A stretch of DNA of 64,000 nucleotides, taken from Zoogloea sp. GTDB lineage: Bacteria > Pseudomonadota > Gammaproteobacteria > Burkholderiales > Rhodocyclaceae. Position numbers and translations under genes: made by a program. The notes below the pieces were generated by a model, which had not been told where the DNA came from, did no database searches, and saw only the letters and a program-made list of their open reading frames with translations. This document shows positions 49,064 to 57,792 of the stretch, one piece after another; the first letter of the stretch is position 1, and every line of letters starts with the position of its first letter. The DNA is taken from assembly GCF_041914405.1 (NCBI RefSeq), contig NZ_JAYSDK010000020.1, positions 11,077-75,076 of the forward strand, written 5' to 3'.

Positions 49064-49639
49064 ATGATGCGTCGAATTACCCCCAAGATTCTTGTTTCTA
49101 TTGCTATCGGCATGGCTGCCGGAACGGCGGGTGCCGCCTGTAGCCAGGTGGCCGGCTCGGTTCGGCTCGTGCCCGACGCCACCTGTCAGATCGCGTCGAA
49201 GATTCCGGGGCCGACGTACATCGGTAGCTGCTTCAATGTCCATTTGTCCCTCATCGGGCTGCCGACGGGCACCGGCTATGCGGGGGTGACTTCCGAGGCG
49301 CTGGTTGGCGCGAACGGGGTCGGCACCGCCTCGCCGGCTGTCATTCCGTCCGATGCCAGTCCGATGGTTCCGCGCCAGATCGTCCAAACCGCCCGCAGCG
49401 CGATTACGCTCGGCAGGGGGAGCAGCCAGACCACGCTGTACAGCAACGACGTCGTGGTGATCCAGCCTACTTTCGATGCGGCGGGGCAGATGGGGCAGCC
49501 GGCTGCGGTGAGCGAACAGATCATCATCACTGGCAGCGACAACAGAGGTGCCTACGCCAAGGTGACCGGCAGCCTGACGGTGATCGGCAACAGCATTGGC
49601 CAGACCGTGCCGGTACTGGGCAAGATCTGTCTGCCCTGA
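49064..49639 (+). CDS. Secreted beta-rich hypothetical protein with four cysteines
   Basis: TAGGAGG RBS; signal peptide ending AGA-A; beta-strand-rich; ends GKICLP. Confidence 0.72.
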   Translation: MMRRITPKILVSIAIGMAAGTAGAACSQVAGSVRLVPDATCQIASKIPGPTYIGSCFNVHLSLIGLPTGTGYAGVTSEALVGANGVGTASPAVIPSDASPMVPRQIVQTARSAITLGRGSSQTTLYSNDVVVIQPTFDAAGQMGQPAAVSEQIIITGSDNRGAYAKVTGSLTVIGNSIGQTVPVLGKICLP

Positions 49640-49663
49640 TTGCGCGATTTTGAAGATGACCGG

Positions 49664-49690
49664 CGCCCCGCTTGCGGGGCGTTGTCTTTT
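49664..49690. terminator. Intrinsic terminator between convergent genes
   Basis: CGCCCCG-CTTG-CGGGGCG followed by TTGTCTTTT. Confidence 0.7.
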
Positions 49691-49712
49691 GGGGCCAGCC
49701 TGAGTGCGGGCT

Positions 49713-52052
49713 TCAACGGTTCTCGAGCCGGCTGTAGTCGAGGATCGCCGCTTCCCGTGGGGCGACCTGGTGCCAGTGGGCATGGATGGCATCGCTGACC
49801 GACCAGAAGCGCGAGTCGGTGCGGCGGATTGCGAAGCGCTGGGTGAGGCGCTGCACATCCTCGTCGCTGGCGAGGGTCTGGACCGCGCGCACGAAGCGCG
49901 GCAGTTCGTCGGCGTCGAGCTGGAAGATTACGTTGGGGTAGGCGCCGACGACCCCATCGAGGACGCTCAGGGTGTCCTCGTCGGGAAGGCGGCGGGCATC
50001 CTCGCGGAACAGTTCGGCGACGTTGCTGTGGGCGCTGTTGCGCAGCACCGACACCACGTGGAGGCTGCCATCCGGGTTCGTCAGCACCAGCAGGGCGTGC
50101 TCGGGCATCCGGGACGCGGGCCTGCCGGCCACTGTGGCGAGGGCGCGCAGTTGGGTGACCTGCTCGGGGTTGAAGCCGTTTACCACCAGGTCGAGCTGCT
50201 TTTCCCGTACCGGCCGCAGGTACTGGGCGACGTTACGGTATAGCTCGCTGAGGGTGTCCGTGCTGCGGTAGCGCATGCCGGTCTCGCCCGGGTAATAGGT
50301 GGCCGCATCGGCGAAGTCCCGCACATGCTCGGGCTTGCCCCGGTACCAGTGGTTGAGCACCTTCTGGCGGTCCTTCAGGGGCAATAGGGTCAGAAAGTTC
50401 TCTTCCCCCTCCATGCGCAGGAAGTCCATGTAGAGACGGGTTGCCAGCTGGTGGCCGGTGTTGCCATAGACGTCGAAGCCGGCGACCAGCAGGTAGTGCA
50501 TCCGCTCCAGCAGTGGGTAACCGAGCAGCATTGCGGTTTGCGGCCGCTCGCCGGCCAGGCCGCGGATCACCGAGGCGCTGTCGAAGTGGCGGAACACCGT
50601 CAGGCCGGCGGTGGGGTTGTGGCCGTCGCCGTTCCACAGCTCGGCCAGCCGCGGCTGCAGCCGCGGGCTGCGTGCCATGAAGTCGGCCTTGGTGCGCAGA
50701 TAGGCCTTCTCGGCTTGGGCGTAGCGGCGCCAGGCCAGGATGCCGGTGCTGCTGTCGTCCTCGGCGGGCAGGCGCAGATTCGGCTGGGTGGCATCGAGGA
50801 GGCCCTGGATCTGGTGATTGGCTTCGCTCTCCGGCGAATAGAACAGCACCCAGAAGTGGTCGGTGATGACGTTGAGGGCGACCTGGCCGCGGCATACCGG
50901 ACCTTTCATGAAGCCGGTCAGCGTGAACTGGGCGTCGTCGAGCATGAAGCGGTAGCGGGCATCCACCGGCAAGGCGCGGAAAGCGGCGAAGGGGTTCGTC
51001 GCGGTCTTGGGCGAATAGTCGGGCAGCTGGTCCACGGCGATCGGTGCATCGAAGAACCACTTGCGCAGGCGCCCCATGCGCGCCGGGTCGAGGGCCAACG
51101 GCATATGGGTTTTGGCGACCAGGGTTTCCTCTAGCGGGCGCAGGCGGTAATACACCCGCTCGACGCCAGGCGCGTCATAGGGGCGGCGGGTCGCGATCAC
51201 GTCGATGGGCTGGCCGGGCGCGCTGCGGCTGCGGACCAGTTCGAATCGGTAGTCAGGCTGCTCCTCGAAATATAGCTGGCCCACGTACCAGTGCTCATAG
51301 ATGTAGCGGGCTGCCAGTTGGTCCCGCAGGGTGTTGCCGTTGAGCAGGCGCTCCCATGCCGCGACACGGGCCTGTACCGCCGGGAGCGGCGCCGGGCGTG
51401 GTGTGTAGGGCGCGCCGGCCTCGATCCAGTGGGTGAGGATATCGTGGTCCTTCTGGCTGAGGGCCGGCAGACCGTAGGGCATGCCCCATTCCGGATGTTC
51501 TGCGACGAAGCTGTCCATGCTCTCCACCTTGGCGCAGCTCTGGCTGCGATCGAGGGCGAAGTCGAAGCGCTCGTCTGGCAGAGGGCCCGTGCTCGGGCCA
51601 GGGTTCTGCTGCTTGAGGGCCAGGATGCGGTACAGCACGCTGGCCTCGCGGTTGGCGGTGGGGGTGGCGGCGCGTTCGTTGAGGATCGGGTGGAAGCCCT
51701 TGTTACGCCATTCCACGGTATTTCGGGCGTCGAAGCCAAGGCGGGCCGGGCTGGCCGCCAGCAGGCGGGCGTTGGCATACACCGGGTCCGGGTTGGCGCC
51801 GCGGGTGATGCCGTCATAGCGGGTCAGTTTGAGCTGGCAGGGGGCGTCGTAGCAGGCGTGGCAGCTCACGCAGCGGCGGTCCAGGATGGGCCGGACCTGC
51901 TGCCAGTAGTCAGGGGCCGGCGCGATGGGTACTGCGGGGGCATCGTAGCGGGCCGGGTCCGGACGGCCCAGCTCGTGATCGAGCTGGACCTTGGCGACCA
52001 CGGTGGAACAGCCGGCGAGGACCAGCAGGGCAAGGCCGAGAAGGGCGCGCAT
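49713..52052 (-). CDS. cti: Fatty acid cis/trans isomerase (periplasmic c-type haem protein)
   Basis: Lipobox LAGC; RRCVSCHACYDAPCQLKL; YIYEHWY, KGPVCRGQVALNVI, LVAGFDVYGN, DFLRMEGE, GAYPN. Confidence 0.93.
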   Translation of the reverse strand: MRALLGLALLVLAGCSTVVAKVQLDHELGRPDPARYDAPAVPIAPAPDYWQQVRPILDRRCVSCHACYDAPCQLKLTRYDGITRGANPDPVYANARLLAASPARLGFDARNTVEWRNKGFHPILNERAATPTANREASVLYRILALKQQNPGPSTGPLPDERFDFALDRSQSCAKVESMDSFVAEHPEWGMPYGLPALSQKDHDILTHWIEAGAPYTPRPAPLPAVQARVAAWERLLNGNTLRDQLAARYIYEHWYVGQLYFEEQPDYRFELVRSRSAPGQPIDVIATRRPYDAPGVERVYYRLRPLEETLVAKTHMPLALDPARMGRLRKWFFDAPIAVDQLPDYSPKTATNPFAAFRALPVDARYRFMLDDAQFTLTGFMKGPVCRGQVALNVITDHFWVLFYSPESEANHQIQGLLDATQPNLRLPAEDDSSTGILAWRRYAQAEKAYLRTKADFMARSPRLQPRLAELWNGDGHNPTAGLTVFRHFDSASVIRGLAGERPQTAMLLGYPLLERMHYLLVAGFDVYGNTGHQLATRLYMDFLRMEGEENFLTLLPLKDRQKVLNHWYRGKPEHVRDFADAATYYPGETGMRYRSTDTLSELYRNVAQYLRPVREKQLDLVVNGFNPEQVTQLRALATVAGRPASRMPEHALLVLTNPDGSLHVVSVLRNSAHSNVAELFREDARRLPDEDTLSVLDGVVGAYPNVIFQLDADELPRFVRAVQTLASDEDVQRLTQRFAIRRTDSRFWSVSDAIHAHWHQVAPREAAILDYSRLENR

Positions 52053-52071
52053 GGGTTACCGGGGATCTAAT

Positions 52072-52602
52072 CTAGTATGAGAGCTGGATGCGGGCGGGCC
52101 GCTGCAGGCTCATGTAGCACGCGTCGGAGCCATAGCTGGCCAGGTGTTCGGCCAGCTCAGGTGTCATGGTGACCGGGGCGAAGGCGTGGCGGGCCCACCA
52201 GCCGGCCGAGCCCTGGATGGCGATCAGGCTGGCGCGCCCGAGGCGGCTGGCTGCCAGGGCTGTCATGAAGGCCGCAACGAGGGCACCGGCAGCTCCGCTG
52301 CCACGGGCCTCCGGGGTCACCGCCAGGTCGTGCAGATGTAGGGTGTCGGCATCGACCGGCGGTTGGCAGCTCTGCTCGTCCAGGTGCGGGGGATCGTCGA
52401 AGCGCCAGGGCAGGGACAACAGGTAGGCGACGGGCGCATCGTCGCCCAGGCAGGCGACGAAACAACTGTCCGGCGCGGCCACCAGCTTGGCATCCATCGC
52501 ACGTGGTGATTCGGGGATGATGGCCGTGTAGCAGCGGGCCTGGATCTGCAGGATGGCGTCCAGATCGCCCCTGTGGGCAGGACGGATGAATAGTCGGGTC
52601 AA
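52072..52602 (-). CDS. GNAT-family acetyltransferase
   Basis: IRPAHRGDL; LHLHDLAVTPEARGSGAAGALV (acetyl-CoA motif A); start uncertain, TTG chosen. Confidence 0.85.
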   Translation of the reverse strand: MTRLFIRPAHRGDLDAILQIQARCYTAIIPESPRAMDAKLVAAPDSCFVACLGDDAPVAYLLSLPWRFDDPPHLDEQSCQPPVDADTLHLHDLAVTPEARGSGAAGALVAAFMTALAASRLGRASLIAIQGSAGWWARHAFAPVTMTPELAEHLASYGSDACYMSLQRPARIQLSY

Positions 52603-52684
52603 GAGCTGGGCTGGACGGTCGGAGGGCCCCCGATTATCTCCGATCCCCCGCGCCCGTGTTGCAGCCTGTGTCACCGGTGGTAAC

Positions 52685-52700
52685 TGGCACATGCCTTGCT
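52685..52700 (+). promoter_or_regulatory. Sigma54 promoter of the histidine kinase
   Basis: TGGCACATGCCTTGCT, full match to TGGCAC-N5-TTGCW. Confidence 0.85.
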
Positions 52701-52735
52701 GTTTCCTACTCCAAAGGGAATATAAGGAGACGCAA

Positions 52736-54031
52736 ATGGATTTGCGCTGGAGACTTTTTGGCTATGTGCTCGGCTTTGCGCTGGCCCTGTCCGTGGCGGC
52801 CGTGGCGTGGGTCGGGCTGGCCCTGCAGCAGGACGTGGGCGAGGAAATGGAAGCCTCGACCCGCCTGGCGGACGTAATCCTTGCCGTCGGAAGTGCGCCT
52901 GAACAACGCGCGGCCCAACTGCGGGAGCTGCTGGCGGGTGGTCAGTTGCGACACGTTGCGGTGTCCATGGAGCGCTCCAATTTGGAGCAAGGGGGGCGGG
53001 CTGTGCCAACGGGCTTACTGGCGACCCTTGCCGATTATTTGCTGGACGGGCGGGTGATCCATGAACGCCGCATCCCGCTTGGGGATGAAGTGCTGGTGAT
53101 CCGGGCCGACCCCCGTGCCGAAATCCATGAAGTGCTGCGCGACGGTATGCGCAACATGGCGACGCTGGTGGTGTTCTGCCTCGGCATGGCCGTGGTGGCG
53201 TGGGTAGCGGCTCACCGCGCTCTGAAGCCGGTCCGCTTGCTCGAACACGGGTTGGCCCGCCTGGGGCGCGGCGAGGAGCAGGTGCGCCTGCCGCCATTCC
53301 AGTTGAAGGAGTTCGCCAGCATCGCCCAGGCCATCGAAACCCTGTCTGGCGAGCTGGCCGAGTCGCGGGCGGCGCGCCAGCTGCTTGCCCGGCAGCTACT
53401 GGAGCTGCAGGAGAGCGAGCGCAGGGAGCTCGCCCGGGAACTCCATGACGAGCTTGGTCAGGCGCTGACGGCGGTCAACGTGTCTGCCGCCTACATTGAG
53501 CGCCAGGCTGGCCGGGCTGAGCCGGCGCAGTTGGCGGCCATTGCCGGCGACATCCGTAGTCAGACCAACGGGATGTTGGCCCAGGTGCGCAACCTGCTGT
53601 CCCAGCTGCGGCCTCATGGCCTGGAAGGCCTGCAGATGGTCGACGCACTCAATGACCTCGTGCGCGGCTGGCGTGGGCGCGTGCCGGAGATCGGCATCGA
53701 GGCGGAGTTTCCGCCATCGCTCCCGCCTTTGCCGCCCCATGCCGGACTGGCGCTTTACCGCACGCTGCAGGAGGCTCTGACCAACGTGCTGCGCCACAGT
53801 GTGGCGAGCCGGGTGCGCCTGTCCCTGCGGACTCGTGGCGAGGCGCTGGAACTGACCGTGGCCGACAATGGCGTCGGCAAGGCTGAAGAGGTGGTGCCGC
53901 GTTCCCGCGGCGGCTTGCTTGGCATGCGCGAGCGTGCCGAGATGGCCGGTGGGAAGTGCTGGCTCACCGACGCGCCCGGCGGCGGTCTGCAGGTTCGCCT
54001 CAGTCTGCCGCTGCCGTTGGCGCAGGCTTGA
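52736..54031 (+). CDS. HisKA_3 (NarX/UhpB; MoxY/MxcQ-like) sensor histidine kinase
   Basis: Two TM helices, HAMP; ERRELARELHDELGQALT; YRTLQEALTNVLRHS; DNGVG; GLLGMRERA. Confidence 0.9.
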   Translation: MDLRWRLFGYVLGFALALSVAAVAWVGLALQQDVGEEMEASTRLADVILAVGSAPEQRAAQLRELLAGGQLRHVAVSMERSNLEQGGRAVPTGLLATLADYLLDGRVIHERRIPLGDEVLVIRADPRAEIHEVLRDGMRNMATLVVFCLGMAVVAWVAAHRALKPVRLLEHGLARLGRGEEQVRLPPFQLKEFASIAQAIETLSGELAESRAARQLLARQLLELQESERRELARELHDELGQALTAVNVSAAYIERQAGRAEPAQLAAIAGDIRSQTNGMLAQVRNLLSQLRPHGLEGLQMVDALNDLVRGWRGRVPEIGIEAEFPPSLPPLPPHAGLALYRTLQEALTNVLRHSVASRVRLSLRTRGEALELTVADNGVGKAEEVVPRSRGGLLGMRERAEMAGGKCWLTDAPGGGLQVRLSLPLPLAQA

Positions 54032-54155
54032 GGCCCATGTTTCCCGAAATCATTCCGGGATCCCGCCTGCGTTGCGCCAAAGGGCGGACGCGGGCGACGT
54101 TTTCAGGCTGCCGAACGGGCGGCGTGGAGACTTTTTTTAGCCAAGGAGAAACAAG

Positions 54156-54536
54156 ATGAACGCCTTACGCAAGACGGCGCTGCTGGCGGGCCTGGCCCTG
54201 GTCGCCACGGCTGCCAACGCCGCGGTGGATGAGGACATGAAGGCGCTGGCCGGCAAGAGCGGCTGCCTGACCTGTCACGCCATCGAGTCCGGCACGCCCG
54301 GCCCCAACGGCATGGCCCCGATCGGCCCGGCCTGGCAGGACGTGGCCAAGGCCTACAAGGGCAAGCCGGGTGCTGACACCTTCCTGACCCGAGTGGTGCT
54401 GGAGGGCTCCAACCCCTACGGCAGCCACTGGAAGGACAAGGTCAGCGGTCTGGCCATGCCGCCCAACAAGGTTGCCATCAAGGAAGCCGACGCCAAGAAA
54501 CTGGTGAAGTGGATCCTGACCCTGGCGCCGAAGTAA
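54156..54536 (+). CDS. Class I cytochrome c (c551/c552-like)
   Basis: Signal peptide ending ANA-A; GCLTCH; IGPAWQDVA; distal Met in AMPPN. Confidence 0.9.
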   Translation: MNALRKTALLAGLALVATAANAAVDEDMKALAGKSGCLTCHAIESGTPGPNGMAPIGPAWQDVAKAYKGKPGADTFLTRVVLEGSNPYGSHWKDKVSGLAMPPNKVAIKEADAKKLVKWILTLAPK

Positions 54537-54580
54537 GCCGGCAATACGCACGGCTGCGGCCGTGAAGGATGCAGTACCCA

Positions 54581-54619
54581 GAACCCCGGACGTCCCCCCC
54601 GTCCGGGGTTCGCCTTTTT
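54581..54619 (+). terminator. Intrinsic terminator
   Basis: GAACCCCGGACG-TCCCCCC-CGTCCGGGGTTC followed by GCCTTTTT. Confidence 0.8.
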
Positions 54620-54623
54620 GGGG

Positions 54624-55034
54624 TTAGAGCAGGCTGTCGATTTGCTCGAAGTGTCCGTCCACAAGCCGGCCGTCGGCTGCGAAGACCAACTGCAGGATCA
54701 CGTCGCTTTTGCCGCCGTACCAGCTGCGGGACAGGGGAATCTTGCCGAATAGGCAAGGGCCGCCCTGAGGCGGAAGCTGTGACACATTCGGGCTGCGCTC
54801 GACGAGGGTCTGGCACTCGGATGCCGTCTTCTCCGAGAAGGTGGTGCCGTGGGCGGCCAGCTTCTTGCGGGCGTCGTCGAGGGAAAGGCCCGGCTGGAAT
54901 TCGGCCGAGAGCTGGTCCGGTAGGGGGCTGGGTGAAGACGTGCAGGCGCCCAGGCTGGCAGCCAGGAAAAGGGCTGCAGCCAGGCATGGCAGGGTTTTGT
55001 TGGAAACGGACACGGCCTTGGACAGGAATCGCAA
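54624..55034 (-). CDS. Small hypothetical lipoprotein
   Basis: Lipobox SLGAC; two further Cys; start uncertain. Confidence 0.68.
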   Translation of the reverse strand: MRFLSKAVSVSNKTLPCLAAALFLAASLGACTSSPSPLPDQLSAEFQPGLSLDDARKKLAAHGTTFSEKTASECQTLVERSPNVSQLPPQGGPCLFGKIPLSRSWYGGKSDVILQLVFAADGRLVDGHFEQIDSLL

Positions 55035-55066
55035 ACTCTAAGTATCCCACGCCGGGGCGTGTCGGA

Positions 55067-56983
55067 TCACGAGGCGGACAATTGTCGCAGCTTGCGATAG
55101 AGGGTCGTGCGGGTGATGCCGAGCTCCCGCGCTGCCGCCGAGATATTGCCGTTGTGGCGCGCCACGGTGCTTTCCACCAATCGTCCTTCGGCGGCGCGCA
55201 GGCTCTGGGCGGCAGGGCGTGGGGCCGGCGTGTCCGGATCCTCCACCAAGTCGTGGGGCAGGTGTTCCGGACTCAGGGTGTCCTCGTCCGGCCCCAGCAT
55301 GGCCACCGCAAGGCGCAGGGCGTTTTTCAACTGGCGGATGTTGCCCGGCCACGGGTGGTGGCGGATCAGGTCGAGGGCTGCCGCCGACAGGCGCACCGGC
55401 CGCCGCGGCGATTCGTCCTGCAGGATGCGCCTGGCCAGCGCTTCGATGTCGCTGCGCTCCCGCAGGGGCGGCAGCGACAGGCTCATCGCTGACAGTCGGA
55501 AATACAGGTCGGGACGGAAGTCGCCGCTTTCGCACAGGGCTTTCAGCGATCGGTGGCTGGCGCAGACCAGGGACAGGTCGATCTCTTCCTCCGGGCCGCC
55601 GCCGAGCGGCGTGACGCGGCGCGTTTCGAGGACGCGCAGCAGGACTGCCTGCAGCTTGAGCGGCATGTCGCCGATTTCGTCGAGGAACAGGGTGCCCTGG
55701 TGGGCCTCGCGCAGCTTGCCGCGCGCGCCCTCGCCACGGGCGCCGGTGTAGGCGCCGGCCGTGTAGCCGAACAGCTCGGCCTCGATCAGGTTGGCCGGGA
55801 TGGCCGCGCAGTTGATCGCCACGAAGGGACCGTTGCGGCGCTGCCCGCTGGCGTGGAAAGCCTGAGCGAAGACTTCCTTGCCGGAGCCGGTTTCGCCCTG
55901 AATCAGCAGCGGGATGTCCAGCCCGAGGATACGCCGGGCGCGCCGGATGGCGTGGCTGACCGTCTTGTCGCCGAGATCGAGCTCGTCGAGGGTAGGGCCG
56001 AGGGGCGTCGCCGGTGTGGCGCTTGCCAGCGGTTCCTGGGTGCTGATCGGGCGCATGCGCTGCATGTTGGTCAACAGGATGCGGGCGGCAAACTCTTGCC
56101 CCTGGCGGCTGCGCAGGCGGATGGGATGGGCGCTGGTCTGCAGGGCGTGGTCGAGCACGGCATTCCAGCGGGTGTCGAACAGGTCCCAGAAAGGGGGTTT
56201 CTCGTTGCGCCGGGTGTCGGCCAGGCCGAGCAGGCGCTCGGCGCGGCGGTTGCACGCCAGCAGCGCGCCCGCTTCATCGAATACCGCCAGTCCTTCGAGG
56301 GGCGAGGCCAATGCTTCCAGCTGGTAATGGAAGCGGACCAGCACGGCGGCGTCATTGACGGTCTCGATCAGGCGGTTCTCGATGATCTCCGCAGTGGTCT
56401 GCAGCAGGGCCTGGGCGTGGGTCTGGGTGATCTGCAGGTTGCTCGATACATCCAGGATGCCGAGCACGCCGCCGGTGGGGGCGTGGATCGGCGTCGCGAC
56501 GCAGGCGAGGAACTTGTTGCGCTCGAGGTAATGCTGGTCTCCCATCACCGCTACTGGGCGTTGTTCGGCCAGGGCGGTGCCGATCGCGTTGGTGCCCATC
56601 ACCGACTCGGCCCAGGAATGTCCCGGCTTCAGGGACACGCGGGCGGCCCGCTCCAGGAAGTCGGAGTCGCCCACCGAACGCAGGATGACTCCCGAGTCGT
56701 CGGCAAGCAGGATCGTCGATGAGGAGTGGGCGATCTGCTGGTGCAGGTGCTCCATGATCGGCTGGGCATAGGCGACCAGCCGGGCATTGGCCTCCAGGCG
56801 ATCGGCCAGGTTGCCTTGCTGGCTGGTGGCCGGCAGGCGCTCGGTCGGGCGCAGGCCGTCGGCCGCGCAGCGTTCCCAGGAGCGCCGGATGGCCTCGAGC
56901 GGGAGAGAGGAGGGAGGGTCCTGATTATTCACAAGTGCTGAATAGCACGAAACATACCTACCCAGAAAGTGGCTGTCGTGCAC
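55067..56983 (-). CDS. AcoR-like sigma54-dependent activator (GAF-AAA+-Fis HTH), copy 1
   Basis: IRRSWERC, GTNAIGTAL GAF; GETGSGKE; ELFGYTAGAYTGA; LFLDEIGDMP; NISAAARELGITRTTLYRKL; start may be downstream GTG. Confidence 0.93.
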   Translation of the reverse strand: MHDSHFLGRYVSCYSALVNNQDPPSSLPLEAIRRSWERCAADGLRPTERLPATSQQGNLADRLEANARLVAYAQPIMEHLHQQIAHSSSTILLADDSGVILRSVGDSDFLERAARVSLKPGHSWAESVMGTNAIGTALAEQRPVAVMGDQHYLERNKFLACVATPIHAPTGGVLGILDVSSNLQITQTHAQALLQTTAEIIENRLIETVNDAAVLVRFHYQLEALASPLEGLAVFDEAGALLACNRRAERLLGLADTRRNEKPPFWDLFDTRWNAVLDHALQTSAHPIRLRSRQGQEFAARILLTNMQRMRPISTQEPLASATPATPLGPTLDELDLGDKTVSHAIRRARRILGLDIPLLIQGETGSGKEVFAQAFHASGQRRNGPFVAINCAAIPANLIEAELFGYTAGAYTGARGEGARGKLREAHQGTLFLDEIGDMPLKLQAVLLRVLETRRVTPLGGGPEEEIDLSLVCASHRSLKALCESGDFRPDLYFRLSAMSLSLPPLRERSDIEALARRILQDESPRRPVRLSAAALDLIRHHPWPGNIRQLKNALRLAVAMLGPDEDTLSPEHLPHDLVEDPDTPAPRPAAQSLRAAEGRLVESTVARHNGNISAAARELGITRTTLYRKLRQLSAS

Positions 56984-57077
56984 GTCAGTCGAGCCGGGTT
57001 TTTGCAGAAGAATCAGGGTTTAAGCCATATAGCCCTGTTTTAAAACGGGTTTTTTGATGTGTCTGGCAGGCGTGAAG

Positions 57078-57134
57078 TGGAGCAGGTGTTCCAGGTGACG
57101 TAACGGGATGGAGCAGGTGTTCCGCCGCGGAACA
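57078..57134. promoter_or_regulatory. Direct repeat TGGAGCAGGTGTTCC x2 (31-bp pitch) plus TGTTCC-N5-GGAACA palindrome; candidate enhancer
   Basis: Copies at 57078 and 57109; palindrome 57118-57134; between the activator and the cytochrome gene. Confidence 0.55.
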
Positions 57135-57349
57135 TGCGCAACTGTCGTTTTTAGCACGATGCTGTTGTCAAGTGATTGTCTGGAAAGGATTTTTGTCCTG
57201 AACGCGGCTGGGCGGGAGTCCGCACGCTTTTTGCTGCCTATGGTGGGTGAAGCGGTTCAGGGGCGCTGAAGTGCCGTGCCGCATTCCATGACCAGCCTGA
57301 CCGCTGACTTGATAAACAGTCTGTCGAAAAAGACTAGAAGGAGGAGCTC

Positions 57350-57664
57350 ATGAAATTCGTCAACTTGCTGTGCGTCGTCGCACTCGGCGCTGCTGCTGCG
57401 ACCCCGGCCCTGGCATCCGAGGAGATCATCAAGAAGGCGCGCTGCGTGGCGTGTCACGCGGTGGACCAGAAGCGCGTCGGCCCGGCCTATAAGGATGTAG
57501 CGGCCAAGTACAAGGGGCACCCGGAAGCGGAAGCGATGTTGATCGCCAAGGTCCGTAATGGTGGTACCGGTACCTGGGGTCAGATTCCGATGCCTCCTCA
57601 TGGCGCAGACAAGATCAGCGATGCCGATCTGAAGGCCGCCGTGGAGTGGATTCTGAAGCTCTGA
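57350..57664 (+). CDS. Class I cytochrome c (c551-like)
   Basis: AAGGAGGAG RBS; signal peptide; RCVACH; VGPAYKDVA; GTWGQIPMPP. Confidence 0.93.
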   Translation: MKFVNLLCVVALGAAAATPALASEEIIKKARCVACHAVDQKRVGPAYKDVAAKYKGHPEAEAMLIAKVRNGGTGTWGQIPMPPHGADKISDADLKAAVEWILKL

Positions 57665-57701
57665 TTGCAGCAAGACGGGGGATGCCCCGTTACAGGTGAT
57701 C

Positions 57702-57739
57702 GAAACACCTGCTCCGGATTGGAGCAGGTGTTTCTTTTT
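57702..57739. terminator. 14-bp perfect hairpin plus T-tract; its arms repeat the upstream enhancer-like motif
   Basis: GAAACACCTGCTCC-GGATT-GGAGCAGGTGTTTC-TTTTT. Confidence 0.7.
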
Positions 57740-57792
57740 GATGCGCTACAAAAACCTGTCTTGCTCCCGCCGTAGGGCGGTGCGGGCAGGAA

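Noticed and set aside
52575-52600. GGACGGATGAATAGTCGG as another REP copy
   Set aside because: About 6 mismatches in 18 nt and not palindromic; lies in the GNAT 5' region
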